A stretch of 64,000 nt of DNA. Origin: Owenia fusiformis. Lineage: Eukaryota. The position numbers were made by a program, and so were the translations under genes. Position 1 is the first letter of the stretch. Every line of letters starts with the position of its first letter. The notes below the pieces were generated by a model, which worked only from the letters and a program-made list of their open reading frames with translations, was not told the origin of the DNA and ran no database searches. The stretch covers positions 11,408,001 through 11,472,000 of the forward strand of contig CAIIXF020000001.1 in the NCBI GenBank assembly GCA_903813345.2. Reading direction: 5' to 3'. Positions 48,687 through 62,605 of this stretch are shown in pieces.

Positions 48687-51600
48687 GTGAGTGTATATTG
48701 CGTATATTGCACATCTATTCACAAGAGATTACATATTTATCTATTGGATGTGTCAAAAGGATATCATGTACCATCCTCCGATCACAGGGCTTCAAAATCC
48801 AGAATACTTCTTTCTTTTTACCCCCTGCAATAAGCAGTTAGTATTTCCCCCATTTAGAACTTGCAATCTGATTCGCTGTTGCAACATTGCGACAGCAATC
48901 ATGTATAAGTCATCGGCGCATAATTAGATCACATGATTCAGTTTTATTGGGCGCTTTCAAATTGGCTATAGCAGGGGGAAAGAAGGAGGGACGGATTCTG
49001 GACACCTGCTTAGGAGGATGATCATGGACCAGTAAGGTTATTCTGGCTCCAGGACTTTGGGCAGGTGCTAATAGCACTCAGGCCTGTAGCATGTAACCCC
49101 CTCCCTCACCCTTGTCAAAAATTCTTTCAAAATCACGCAATTTTACACCATTCTGAGCACTTTTTCAGTGATTTTGGGAGAAAATTGTCAAATGTGAGCC
49201 CCCCTGGGCATGGCACTGTGTATTTGAGCTATTGTCCCAATCCACGCATTTGACTATATTGCTGGAAATCAAGTTATTCATAAATGATCAATGATCAAAA
49301 ATATTTTTTCTTCACGTGACCCTGAATGAAGCTTCACATTAGATGAGAAATTGTTTTCCACATCCTGATGTGATATCAAACAATATTTTGCCATATATAA
49401 CCACTTCAATCATTCAAACAATATATACAAGTGACCAAATCTTTTGGCAAAAAATGGGTCCCCCAAATTTTTTCTGTTATAAAAAAGTATCAACTCATAA
49501 TTGTGTTTCTGGATCATACTTTCACGTGACAATTATTGAAATTGATCGAAAATAAAGCTATAAATTGGCAAAAAACTGGTATAATCTAATTGAACAGTGA
49601 AAGCAAATATTTAAAAGGCTTAAAGTGTTCACATCCTGGGTCCAGATATCCAAAAATCAATCAACCAAGGGGTAATCTTCGGAGGCTAATATTAAGATAT
49701 TCACTTAATGTATGGATAACAGTGATGCTTATTTCAAGGGGAGAAACTCCATTAATGACCACACAAAGTCAACCCAAACCCACTGTTTGTAAACAACTAA
49801 TTATAATCCATCTCCTGGCTGATACTCAATGCATCTTAGGATTTTAAGTAGTGGTTCAAGTCTACTAGTCAAGAAAACTAGAATCGATTCGATCATGAAA
49901 ATGAGCCAGGAGTTGATGAAAAAAGTGTATTTTTGTCTTTATTTCTGCAAAAATTATTGAAGAAAATTGCAAGAATTCACTTCCAAAATAGTCTGTGTTG
50001 ATGCTTTAATTAACACAAAGATGTAGGTCAGATCTTATTGTTGCTATATTCTTTAAATACAAAGCTCTATTTCAACAATTAGCATTATTTACATATTTAT
50101 TTTTATTTATTCACAAACATTTTTATTTTCCTCTTCAAATGTCTAAAATTTGTTGTAATAAGGCTTGCTATAGCGTCTTAAAAGGGACTAGCAAGTCATG
50201 ATTATGGACACTGGAGATTAATTGAGACCCTCAATGTATTACTAATGCGACTGAACAACTATTTTCTGCACTTCTCTAAATGGGTAATATTTTTCAAAAT
50301 TCTATGTAGATAATAACATGTAATGGTAGAATTCATAGTCCAGAATCAAATTATTTTCGTTGAAAAAGCTAATAATTTTTTTAATTTGATGTAGATAATT
50401 ATATGTTATGGTAGAATTCATAGTCCAAAATCAAACTATTTTGTTCAAATTTTGTTGTGGAACTACCTTAAACTTTGATTTTAAGAGACATGCTATTCTG
50501 TTGTATTATTAGAAACGCAATTCATATTTTGTAACTGTACTATAATAATGATGATACCATTTTCATACCCAATATAATTACCCCCATGCCCATATTTTGC
50601 CCATAGGTTTTGTTTGATTAGCTATGTTAATCACATTACAATTCTCTGATTATGTAAGAAAAAAATTGAAACCCCTTTGATGAAAATATGATGGCAGTGT
50701 TATTAAGATAGGGATTGATCATGGGTTAAAATAATTGTTGTCATTTGTTTGTAAATGAGCAAATTTTATCGATACGCATTCACGATTGAAAGGATGCATT
50801 TTATGCTCAAAAAAGCAAAAAACATATGCATGGGTACAGCATGAAAGTTATATGGGTAATATGAATTCACTCGTGTGATCCCAGAGTATGTTAAAAAAGA
50901 TAAACTCATAATGGGTTCATGCTATGATGTCCATCTACATCTTAATCATAAAGTATCCAAAATAATTATGCAATTCATATTTGCTATCCTGTGGAGAAAG
51001 TTGAAAGTAAAAGTCGTCATAGTCAAAAATACATTATTGTAAGTGATTATGTTTGTTGATGTGTGGCCCATATAACTGTGATTGTAAATTATAACTGATG
51101 TGGCCAAAATCACAATTTATAATTTTTTTAACATTTTTGTATTAATTAGGTCCCTAAAAGGACGAATATTTCTTTGCATTCATATATATGCAAACAGAGG
51201 TTTTATTCGATCCTGAGCTGCACTTGAGGAAATTCTATTGTTAATTTGTCTGCATACAGTGAAGCGAATGATATAAGTCACTAAAAGTGTTTTCTGAATG
51301 ATTTACTTTGACCTATGGTCAGTATTAGTGAAGTTATAACTGTGCTATCAAGATGTGTGGTCCATTGGAAAATGCAACATGTGAAGATGCGTCATGAATT
51401 GGACCAGTCATTTTGACCTGGCACTTTACAGATGTTTGACCGTGAGACCTCGAATTCTTTAATAACATTTTAAGCCTTTTTGATGGAAAATTGGAAAAAT
51501 GGAAGGCTAGAAAATGCCACATAGCAGCCAAGACAAACAAAAAACAATTCAAATCAAATCCAATGTTTATGTCACCACCAGAATTGGTGACATATAGTTA

Positions 51601-52920
51601 AAGAATACTTTTTTTGTGAATGGCAGTTGGCAATCGGTGGTTGATGTTCGGCATTCTGGTGTCTATAACATATGTAACAAATGGCAGGTGGTGGTATTTT
51701 GCATGTTATTATGAAGAGTCTAATGGAAAGATAATTTTTACTTTGAGCACATCTCATGAAGGTGCAGTGCAGGCTACCCTCCCCCTCCAAAGCTGTGCAG
51801 GGTCCAATACTGCTTACAAGTACACTCTCTAATTAGTATTACTAATGTTTGGTGCTATGAGCTTGACATGTTTTGTTTTTCCATTCTTGACTTGTATCAT
51901 GCATTCTTTCTCATTCAATGTTTGTTACAATAAGAAAATGTAATAACGCCCTTTTTGTTGTTCTTTTTTATGCCTTTTGTATTTGCATTTAGTGCTCACT
52001 GGTGCAGAATTTATTAACCCTTAATTTACATATCAAAACTTTCATGATTTATTATGCAAAATAGAGAAATATAGACGAAAGAATAAGAAATACATTCTTC
52101 ATGCAAATAAACATTGTAATCTGAATTGTATGAAAGTGCTATGAGTCCTTTATTGGAATTTGAGAATAATACTTTACAAGCAAGCTAGCTCAGAGGGTAA
52201 TCGGTTAACCTCTAAACAACACAATAGTCAGCGTATATAATCACCTATTTCTATGACTGGAGTGTAATTTGTATAATTGCAAATATTTAGCTGTAATCCT
52301 TTGGGTTATTACCTTCAGTAACCCATCAATAGGCAGCTTAACATAAACAATAGTAGCACCTCTTACAAATCATTTCTCGATTTTCTCTCTGGTTTATGGA
52401 GTTTGCTTTCACATGATACATCAGTATATATACTATTTTATATTTTAATTCCTCATTTTCGATTCTACAACTTTTGGATTTTTGCAATAAGTACAACCCG
52501 ATGCGCTTTCACTTTGTTTATAATTGTAGAAATTATATGAATGAAATATATTCTACAAGGGTTGTTCTACAATAGAAAACATCTAAAGCCTGCAAACAAT
52601 GAGACAAAACTTGATGAAAAGATCATGTGATTATTTAATTCAAAACATCTGTATATATTATGTTAGAGTCCTGTATGTGTTGATACAAGAAGTAGACACC
52701 CACTCCTTCATTGACATTTCTAGGAATAAAAGGATGTAAATTAATGAAGAAAAGTTTCCAATATTGAATCTGGAATTAATTTATTGAATCACATTAATGT
52801 TTAGCAAATATTGTGAACTGATAATTAAAGAATAATTATGAAAAGCTTATGATTAAATTTTATTCGCTTTTTGTTGCACGTTTTATCCAAAGAAATAGTA
52901 ATTTGAATTTATATAATGTA

Positions 52921-53128
52921 CAGTAAAACTCGACTGATTCAGATATGATTTTGAATAAGCAGGTGTCTACTTATTGAACACCCCTCTCTAGTGAACACCA
53001 GTCTCTAGTGGACACCCTTCCTCCGCACATACTCTACTGACTTAATTACCCTCTCTGTAGTGAATACCTACCAACACTGAATGTTTTTTCTCGGCAAAAA
53101 ATGTTAAGTATATACACAGGTTTTACTG
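52921..53128. mobile_element. Same MITE family, copy 3 (fragment follows at ~53215-53310)
   Basis: TA|CAGTAAAACT ... AGGTTTTACTG|TA; shares ctccgcacatact core with copy 1. Confidence 0.75.
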
Positions 53129-56100
53129 TATGTATAAGGGTTGTTCAAAAAGTAAGGCTTTTTACAATGGAGGGTGAAATGGAACAGAATACAACATAGT
53201 GAATATGTCAGTTAAGCCTGTGAATGCCTCTCTGACTCTAGTGAACACCTGTGCCTAGTACCTGTACCTAGTGAACACTCCTGTATATTATTGCCTCTCT
53301 GTAGTGAACACAGATTAGGCCCGTAGTCAGCTTTTGTTGAGGGAGGGTTTACTTTTCAAAGAATTCCTGGGGAGGTTCACAATTGACAACTTTGACCCCA
53401 AATCACTGGAAAAGTGGTCGGCATTGTGAAAAACTGCATGATTTTAAAATAATGTTTGCCCCAACCCCCTCCCTGGCTTTAGGCATCCATTTTGAAAATA
53501 GTTGCCATATATAAGTCTACTGCATGACAAGACTTTTGACATGGTTTACTATATGCCCGTTGCTTTGCTGCATTTGGATTCATACAATCAACAGAGTTGT
53601 CAACTTGTGTGAATCAGTGACCCAATCAATTAACATTATTGCAGAATTATATCCTTCTCTCCTGCCCCCTGTTGTCATTACACATTAATCTATAGTATTG
53701 AGGCAAAATGAATTTAAGTATTTAGCCGGGGTATTTAGTAGAAGAGATAACAAGAATTAACCTGTAATCCCTACAGGTGATGGTTCCTGTAATACTTTAA
53801 TGAATTATAGATAACCTATTGTGGATAAAACTAATCATTCAATAACTCTAATCATCTAATTGTCGTATCCATGGTGTTTACTATTCACAGGAAAACATTT
53901 TCAAAAGAATATATTAAGTATCTACTTTGTATTCTTGTTCCGGTTTCAGTTTAAGTGGCGATTTAATTGCTGGTCATCCCATGGGCTAATGCTGCCAAAA
54001 ATTCCTAGAATTAAACCCAATGTGTTTTGTTTTTCAAGCTAAGCAATTTGTTTATGATTAATTCCTCTATTTAGAAATTGTTATCTGTAGATAAGTAAAC
54101 ATAAGACTGTGATAAGAGGATGAGATGTACATGGTGAGATTTACATGGTATAAAAATCAGATTGATTTTTTGTATTTGAATGTTACCCCATACAAAGTAA
54201 ATGGATATTTATGGTCATACTTAGGCTGAGCTGAATAAGTGGTATTAGTTACTTAGCATTAGTGACATATAAAAATATTATCATTGATCTGGACTTGTCT
54301 TGTTAAGCGGATTTTCTTAAGATGCTATCAGAGGATAGCTCGCACATACTTGTTTGTTATGGGTGAAATGTGGTTTTGTGGCATAAACTGAAAGAACAAA
54401 CCAATTACAACAGGGGACAAATCATCCACTGTGTTTCACTGGTGGATGGTATTTTATTTTGTATCGGTTTTAAGACTTTGAGTATTTGTCCAACCCCTCA
54501 CATTGGAACCTAGGAGTTGAGAGAATAAATATTATTGCTTAGCTGTCTCTGATGTTTGTTGACTCTGGACCAAGTTCCTGTCTTTTGAAATTGTGCACGG
54601 ACCAGATGTCATAGTAACTCATTGGTAACTAGCAACAACTAAGACAACACTTGGTGAGAAACCATGAAAAATTTTGCATCGTGTTGGATCCTTAAAACAA
54701 TAGACTGTGAGAATTTTGTCAATACTAAACATCATGAACTTCAACCACACTTTTCGGCTAATTATTTTCTCAGCTTCAAGATTAAAGTAAGATCAAATAT
54801 GTTGATTTTGGCCTTTTCTAAAATCAAAATAGCATTCATAAAGCAAGTTTCATTGTTTCAGCGAGAATTATGCAATTCTGGTAAGGAATGTTGATAGTTT
54901 GTTCATAGTCCTTCTGATGAATTCACCATGTATAGAATAGCATTATTCCTTTATGGTTGCACTATCGAAGTATCTGACCCATGGATTGGAGAGTATTTGC
55001 TTGCTCCAAGTGGTTGGTATTAAAGCCATATCAATTGTCTTGCTCCTGGATATTTTTCTCTTGGATTAAACTGTGTTTGTTGTTGTATGAGACTTTCTAG
55101 TCTGTTATAAATAGTCTCTACATCTGTTAGCCACATTGCAGTCATTTGTCAAGGAAACAATAGTGTACCCATTAGTAACCTTGTAGCATGCTAAATTTCC
55201 AAGTCAGGAACTGTAAAAGGGGGTTTTAGACTTGTGCATGATTTTATCCAGAATGGCATCGAAACAGCCAAAATCTTTGCTATTTCTAATGAAAATGGGC
55301 ATGCACTTTCAATAAATTGCTGCAAAGTGGTTGAATGACATCAGACCAGACAAAGGGGCTTCTAAGCCGTTGAGTGTTTGCCGGACTAAAGGGGATGCAT
55401 CCCTTCGGACCCACCCATAATTTCCTTTTCAATGCTGGTACAATTGATGAGGCACTGAAGCCTCAAATGTTAGATTGAATGATTTAATTTGAAAAGCAAT
55501 GATTTGAAAAACATTTATTCGTGGATTTTATATCTCTTGGGTCATATGATTCCATGTTTTTCTAAGAACTTCACTATTTCCTTATTCATTAAAGGATGCT
55601 GCATTTGATGTCACTTCAAGAGGACGTTCTAGGACCAAAAATGCTTTTAAAAGTTTTATTGAAAATCAGCTTTTGTCCCATAAAATTGGCAATTTGTAGA
55701 GGTATTGGAATAATGAAAATGTCAGACACACAGTTTGTAGTAAATATATTGTGGTTTCCCTAATTATGATCAGAGGTTGAAGAAGCTTTATTCAATCAAA
55801 GACCATCGAAAAGGGATGGCTCTCTTCCAATTTGTGGTTATTTTCTTATTTTGTCGTTTGGTTGTCAAAACTTTCATTTGTTAGTTTAATATGACGATAT
55901 GTCTGTATATAGCAATTACCTTTTTTTAGACTTATGTATATATAAGTTATGTGAGTTCACCCACTCACTGATAGAGAGCCTGGCCATAACAATGTATCAG
56001 GGGTTTTGTTTGTCAGATTTGTATTTCTTTTAGGGAGTACAAACTACAAACAGAGTATTTAGCAATCAAGTTGAAAAATGTTGATGTGTTTTTGTTTGCT

Positions 56101-57782
56101 GATGTTATCTGGGATTCAGTGTAATACAATATATTGGCCTGGTGGCTGAAATAATCTCCACATACTTTTCTTCCTTCTCATTGCAAATAGGGAGGCTCAC
56201 AGATGTTTTAAGGATTGACATTTTGCAAATAATCCCAGTACAAGACGTGTTTTGGAAACATTTTATGTTTGATATTTTAATCGGATTCTATTTATTTACA
56301 GCATATTAAACTGAAATTAATTCTTTTTGATTTGATATACAAAATAACATTTTCTTCAAGTTGAATGGCCTAGGAGTCAAAGAATATTAAGTTCTAGCAC
56401 TACTTATAGATGTCACTTGATTCAAATATGCCATAGAAACTTCAAACCTCTTGAAGTCTAAGACGAGAAATCATTTATGCCTCTCATTAAACCAGCCACT
56501 GTATTTGTAATATTTACCTTTAAGATTAAGAATCTGTTCTATAATTGTCATTTCACTATTTAACCGCCATATTGTTCTCTAATATTTTATATTTTCAATC
56601 CCATAAGTTCTTCCTCGGGCTTGAAAACTGAAGTACACTAACTTTTAGAGGAGTTGTACTGTTTCTAAAATTCAATCTAGATAATTAGGAGATTGGATAT
56701 TTTGTTAGTTTATAAAATGTTTTGTATAAACGGAAGCCTAGCTTTTGGCTAAAGAGTCAACAATATTTGAGTGATGAATGGGTGAAATAATATTTGTAAA
56801 GTACCATCTGCAGGACAATTTCTACTCTCAGCAAATTGTAACAGTAGTTTTAAACACTAAATGAGCTCTCTTATATATTGTGAAAAATAGAATGTGTATG
56901 AAAAAGCTCGAGGTCGCAATTTGTTGAGACATATCCCAAAGCACATCATCTGGATAAAATTCACTAAAATATTAAAGTTTGCATTTTTTATGAAAGTGGA
57001 AACCTTTCAAAATATAATAATTATTCATCTTTTCATAAGTAACACTTTTTTTATTTATTTGCTTTTGGATAAATGCAACAAACATGATTTTTGAGAACTA
57101 ATACTTACTGCACATTTGGCCATTGTTGTTGTCAACCAAAGTAGTTTACCATTCTTTCTGTATAGTGCAGTTTAATTATATATATGAATGGGAGTATAAA
57201 GAGAATAAACATAGACTTTGTATAAAAATATAAGTATAGACTATAGCATTTCATCTGAGACATATTTTAAACAACTAACTTTTTGTAATAATGTATATAT
57301 CCTATATAATATCAGCAGATTTTGAAAAAAATATAGTGACAGTTTTAAAACTAAAAAACACTGTTTTATTCAGTGGTTTTATTGCTAATGTTTTTAAATT
57401 ATAGTTATGGTCTCAGTTTTTCTCATTTTTCTTAAGAATGGTTTTTCATTTTTTATCTACAAATGAAAAATAGAAAAAAGGTTAATAATATATAAAAATA
57501 CATATGTTTTGTGATTTGTGTATACCTAATCATTTGGTGGTTTGGTGGTTGATAGATAAAATTTAAATGGGATTGGAATATTTTTGCGCTAGGTCAGTTT
57601 TTGAAAATTCTATGCAATTTTAAAAGAAAATTAATTATTGGTTTATGTTATATCTCTTTCAGTGATAATAAATACAAAAAATCGAGCTAATGGGTGCATT
57701 AAGATTTTCTTAATTTATTTCAGTTTCTAATTCTTTAAGTACACGAATATTATTCAGAATGACCTGTTCGCCTACATGTATA

Positions 57783-57998
57783 CCATCAATAGACTACGAG
57801 ACAGACCTTCTTTTCTATAGATACTAAAGTTTGAAAAAAATTCCTCACTTTTGTATACAAATTAATAATCTCAGTTTAACAATTCTATGAGATGCATGCA
57901 TTTCATAGAGTTTGGAACTTGTCCTGCTGTTCACCAGGTGAGCTTTTTTCGAGCTTTGATTTTTGCAGAAAAGAAAGTTTGTATCAGTCTATTGATGG
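57783..57998. mobile_element. Small MITE-like element
   Basis: 13-bp terminal inverted repeat CCATCAATAGACT / AGTCTATTGATGG. Confidence 0.5.
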
Positions 57999-59575
57999 CA
58001 CCAGTTACATGTTGCTCAGATTTTTATTAAAAATTTAGGGGTATTTTAGGGTCGAGTTAGGGTTGAGATATTAAAAAAATATTTTGACATTCTATTTTGA
58101 TCAAAAATTACAGTAAATATTTGTAGGCCCTCCAGCTCTGTGTCTGTTATGTTTATAATTACATCTGATTCTTTATTCTATTATGGTCTGTAATAGAAGA
58201 ATGAAAATGAAAAAAATGAGACATGGCCGGTATTGGTGTTATAAAATGATGATGTGTTAAGATTTTATCTTGCTACTTGTATTTAGGTGTGAACCCATTG
58301 TATCAACTGCCCATTCAATTATTACCAGCACATTTTGATTGCATATAGTTATCCATTTATTGGTATCCCATGGCAATATGGCATCAGTATGGATGACACA
58401 AATGTTTTGAATATGAAATAAGCTCGATTTGCTGAGAATGCAAATTTGATTTGGAATTTGACAGAGAAAATTATTTTCTAACGCACAGAATTTGCGCTCT
58501 TATGTATTCCAAGCACTGTATAAATGTCTTGGTTGTATTTTCATTTGTTCAATCTAGTTGCCTGAAATTAGAATGTGAAGCAGGTCTTCACTGGATCCAC
58601 TGTGTGCTTGATTAAATTGCCTGTTGTGTTATTTACAGACCGATTTAGAATACCAATGTGAAATCATACTTATCTTGAATTCAGTCGCAAATGTTAGTCA
58701 CGTATTTGAAAAATTCTTCTAAACTAACATGCTATTGTGGTGAATGCGGCACTTTAATGTCGCAACATATCATTTATATATTCCCCTTAATAGCCACTTT
58801 TTACAAAATAGAATGTTACTCTGCTAATTTTAGTCAACCACAAAAGCGTTTTCAACTTAAAATTATACATTTACTTTATCGATTGTTGTCTGAAAAAGGA
58901 ATTTCACAAATGCTTTTCTCTTTCTAATCTATACATATTCTATACATGTGTGTTTTTTTTTAAATTGCTATTATATTTTATGAATTAAAATTATCAATCA
59001 GAATTAGGTTTGTGGCCCATTGGTGGCAAAGTGGTATTTTTCGTGATTTTCACAAACAGCTTGCTTCCTCAAAGAAGTGCCAGTTAGTATTCAACGCATA
59101 GCTCACTTCCTGAACGCAGCAGTCCAAAGTATCTATTTGGCTTCTGTTTTCCATAATGCATCAACACAGACAATGAACACACAAACATTTTTGTTGGTGA
59201 AAATTGCCATTCAAAATGATGATTGTCTAGAATGAATTGCATTTAGTGGCAGACATTAGGGATTCTATGGCTTGACTTGCCTTCATTAATTAGCTGTAGA
59301 TGTGCGACCTTTATGCTATGGGTAATCCTGCCACCCTTGGGTGTTATCAATGTAGCATTAATACAATGGTACTTTAATACTTCCATAAATATTAATCAAA
59401 TCAGTCAAAGCTAGGGTACAATTAATTTACTTATTAGCCAGTGTGGTTATCATTAAATGTACCACTTAAGAAAGAAATGTTAGTAATTTGGGTAATTAAC
59501 AAAATGCTTTGCATTACACAATTTTCAGCAGTACTAGAAGTTGGTTATGTACTGAATCTGGGAGGCATGTAAGAC

Positions 59576-60030
59576 AAGAGAATGGTAGAGAAAGGGGGAG
59601 TCATGTTTCACTGTTTTATGCTATTTTAAGAAATTATGAATCAACTTTTGAATTATTTTATTTTCATAAGTATGGGTGGTAGTATTTTTCTACAGTATAA
59701 TAAGAATGTGACTACTTGTTATGTGTGGGGGATAAAGGGAGGTTAGACGACAGAAGAGAATGGTAGAGAAAGGGGGAGTCATGTTTCACTGTTTTATGCT
59801 ATTTTAAGAAATTATGAATCAACTTTTGAATTATTTTATTTTCATAAGTATGGGTGGTAGTATTTTTCTACAGTATAATAAGAATGTGACTACTTGTTAT
59901 GTGTGGGGGATAAAGGGAGGTTAGACGACAGACCGGTAGAGAAAAGAGGGATCGTATTTCACCGTTTTATGCTATTTAAAAAAAATTCTGAATCAACTTT
60001 TGAATTATTTTATTTTCATAACTCTGGGTG
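59576..60030. repeat. 178-bp tandem repeat, ~2.5 copies
   Basis: AAGAGAATGGTAGAGAAAGGGGGAGTCATG... at 59576 and 59754 (near identical), diverged partial third copy from ~59935. Confidence 0.93.
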
Positions 60031-61140
60031 GTTTCTTTTGTAAAAAATCTATTTTAATCTTTAATCGCTTTTAGTTGCCTATGAAACCTAAAGCTAAAAG
60101 GAAACCTGTGTATGAATGTTTGTGGGGCTGTGATTGCTCGCAGCAATAATATTATTACCACTAGATTCCGCAATTAAAACTGATCAAATATGCCATCCTA
60201 ATGAACGAGACATTTTCGATAAACGTAACTCACCTTGGAATATATCAAAAACCATCTTAAGGTATATATTGAACTTGAACCAGTTATGTGTGATGTTGGG
60301 AGTATCCTGTGTAGTTGTGATCTAACCCCCAAAGTATAACATGTTTCTCACATAATTGGGAGGGTAATATTGCTTTGGGCTTTGCACTATACAAAATGTA
60401 CAACTGGGGGTACTAACAGGGTCAAACATTTTAACGCCACTCAGGGAATAAAAATTGTACAAAAAGGAGTCATCATGACATCAGAATGGTTTCCGGAGGT
60501 AGGGCATTTTTATTGGTCGTTACTTGAAGTAAGTGTGTGTAAACAAGACTGTTCATGTTGCTTGATGTTGAACAAACACTTTGATAAGCCTGGAGCGATT
60601 CCTCTGTGAGACTTGGTATCTAAATTCATATTGATTGTTTCTGACACTTCAATAGATACATTCTGCTGATCCTGACATAACATTGAAGTATTCTTTGTCC
60701 TTTCAGGCAATCTGACACTTAACGAATGATGTGTCAAATTTCATGTTCAGTTTAAAATATTCAGATTTATGAAAACATTTCATCTATCCAGATGCAATGG
60801 TCCCTATTTGTGAAGTTCTAGGTCGGTATTTTTGGTGGAATTGCTGCAAAAGCTGTGGCTGGGATACTCAATTGTATGGGTGATCACTGCAGGGTGTCAG
60901 GCCTGTTATCACTGAGGAATGTGAGATCCATAAATGCCCAACTGAAACTACTTTAGACTAGGGATTTAGAGGAGAAACAATTATTGAGGAACATTTTGTT
61001 TGCCTTCCTGTGAATATTTCATGTGATTTTCTCTATATAAATGGCAGTCAATATAACTCTTTCATAGTCAAATGGTCAATTGCACTTAAATCTGTAGAAA
61101 AACTGAATTCATTCTAAAATATGGCTTTTTATGAACATAT

Positions 61141-61649
61141 TGTGACGGAGTGATTTTCATGTTGTATTTTATAATTAATATCTTATACTTTTACTTTGTT
61201 TTTACTTTGTAAATTAATTAATGGAAACATGATACAAAAAGCATTTAGATAAACAACAGGTCCTGTAGTACACCTGGGATATCTCTGGTCAGTTTCTCAC
61301 ATTAAATATGCAATCATTACAATTGTTCAGAGCATCTTCAGACTTACAAATGTTTCTTTAATTTACATTTAATTTACATTTCTATATCTTGGATTCTAAT
61401 TAGGATTTGAAGCAGTCTTCCTATTGTTAAACTTTTTACATAACAGATTTGAAGTGATCATGTGATGTCTGGTTTTGAAGAATATACTATATGCCATGTG
61501 AGATTTGGGTCACTTTTCGGCCTAGACTTCAAAAAGACATAACTAGATTTAGCAGTAGATTAGAAGTGAAAACAAGTGAAATAAATAAAAGATAGAAATT
61601 AAAACATCACACTATTGTGTAGAATTAATATAAAGAGAGCCCGGTCATA
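61141..61649 (+). repeat. 5' LTR of Gypsy element (~509 bp)
   Basis: Begins TGTGACGG, ends CCGGTCATA (imperfect inverted termini), AATAAA near 61580, PBS follows 3 nt later; 3' LTR not in window so boundaries unconfirmed. Confidence 0.7.
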
Positions 61650-61652
61650 TTT

Positions 61653-61665
61653 TGGTGGAGCTGCC
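61653..61665 (+). promoter_or_regulatory. Primer-binding site, tRNA-Ala-like
   Basis: TGGTGGAGCTGCC is near-complementary to the eukaryotic tRNA-Ala 3' end (...GGCAUCUCCACCA), just after the LTR and before the gag ATG. Confidence 0.65.
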
Positions 61666-61680
61666 TGAGGTTTAACAACA

Positions 61681-62605
61681 ATGGATTTATCAATATTGGA
61701 CAAATTCCATGGAAAATCAGAAGAAAACGTTATTATTTGGTTAAACACTATTGACACATTCGCAAATTTAAAGAACTGGAACCAACAAAGAAAATGTAGT
61801 TTAATCCCACTTTTAGTCAAAGGAGAAGCAGCAAAATACTTTGAACAATTAGAGGAAAATACAAAGAACGACTGGGAGGAATTGACGGAAGCACTTAAAG
61901 AAAGGTTCCCACCCAAACAATCGGAAAGATGGGAGTTGTTGGATAAATTGGACACTCTCAAACAAAATGATATGTCTGTGGATGAATTCCACAACAAGCT
62001 CATGTATTATACCAGCAGACTAAAAAAGGATGCTGAGGATGTTAAAGAACTCTTTGTCCAAGGATTGAATACATCTACAAAGAACTTTGTAAGGCTCAAA
62101 GAACCTGAAAATTTAGAACAAGCTGTTAAGTTCGCAAGGATTCATAGCAACATGCCCCAAGATTCAGCGCCAGAGATGTTAGCAGCCTCGATTAAAATTC
62201 TCACGGATAAAGTCGATAAGCTATCCGTTGCTGCAGTCACAGTCGATGCCATGGGTCAACGCTATGCCAACAATAACCAGTTTCCAGTGCAACAAAGTGC
62301 CCAAAGACAGCAGAACCAGTATCAACCGCAGAATCAGTACCAACCGCAAAAGCAGTATCAACCGCAGAATCCGTTTCAACAACAGAACCAATTTCCTGGG
62401 AATCAACAGTTTACGCAACAACAGAAACGGTATCCCCAACATGACCAACAATTTATGCAGCAAAATTCATCAAGCAGAAACCAGTGTGAGAGGTGCGGTA
62501 AGTCAAACCACCTTTCATTAAATTGTTATGCTAGGTTTAAGCAGTGCTTTCAGTGTGGTCGCGGGGGGGCATTATTCATATATGTGTCGAAACGTTGCTA
62601 AATGA
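61681..62605 (+). CDS. gag: Gypsy gag (capsid-like region, Q-rich repeats, two zinc knuckles; +1 G in the second)
   Basis: ORF 61681-62601 with CERCGKSNHLSLNC; the second knuckle CFQCGRGGHYSYMC is restored by removing one G from G7 (62563-62569), ending at TGA 62603-62605. Confidence 0.88.

Noticed and set aside
59576-60030. 178-bp repeats as LTR pair or array
   Set aside because: Directly abutting tandem copies with no TG..CA ends, PBS or spacers.
53770-60720. Candidate acceptors for the next ZNG1 exon (~53777, ~56034, ~56191, ~60707)
   Set aside because: Each hits an in-frame stop quickly and none resembles the conserved CobW_C continuation.
62585-62605. -1 ribosomal frameshift site at the gag-pol junction
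   Set aside because: No canonical X XXY YYZ heptamer, and pol is in frame with knuckle-restored gag.
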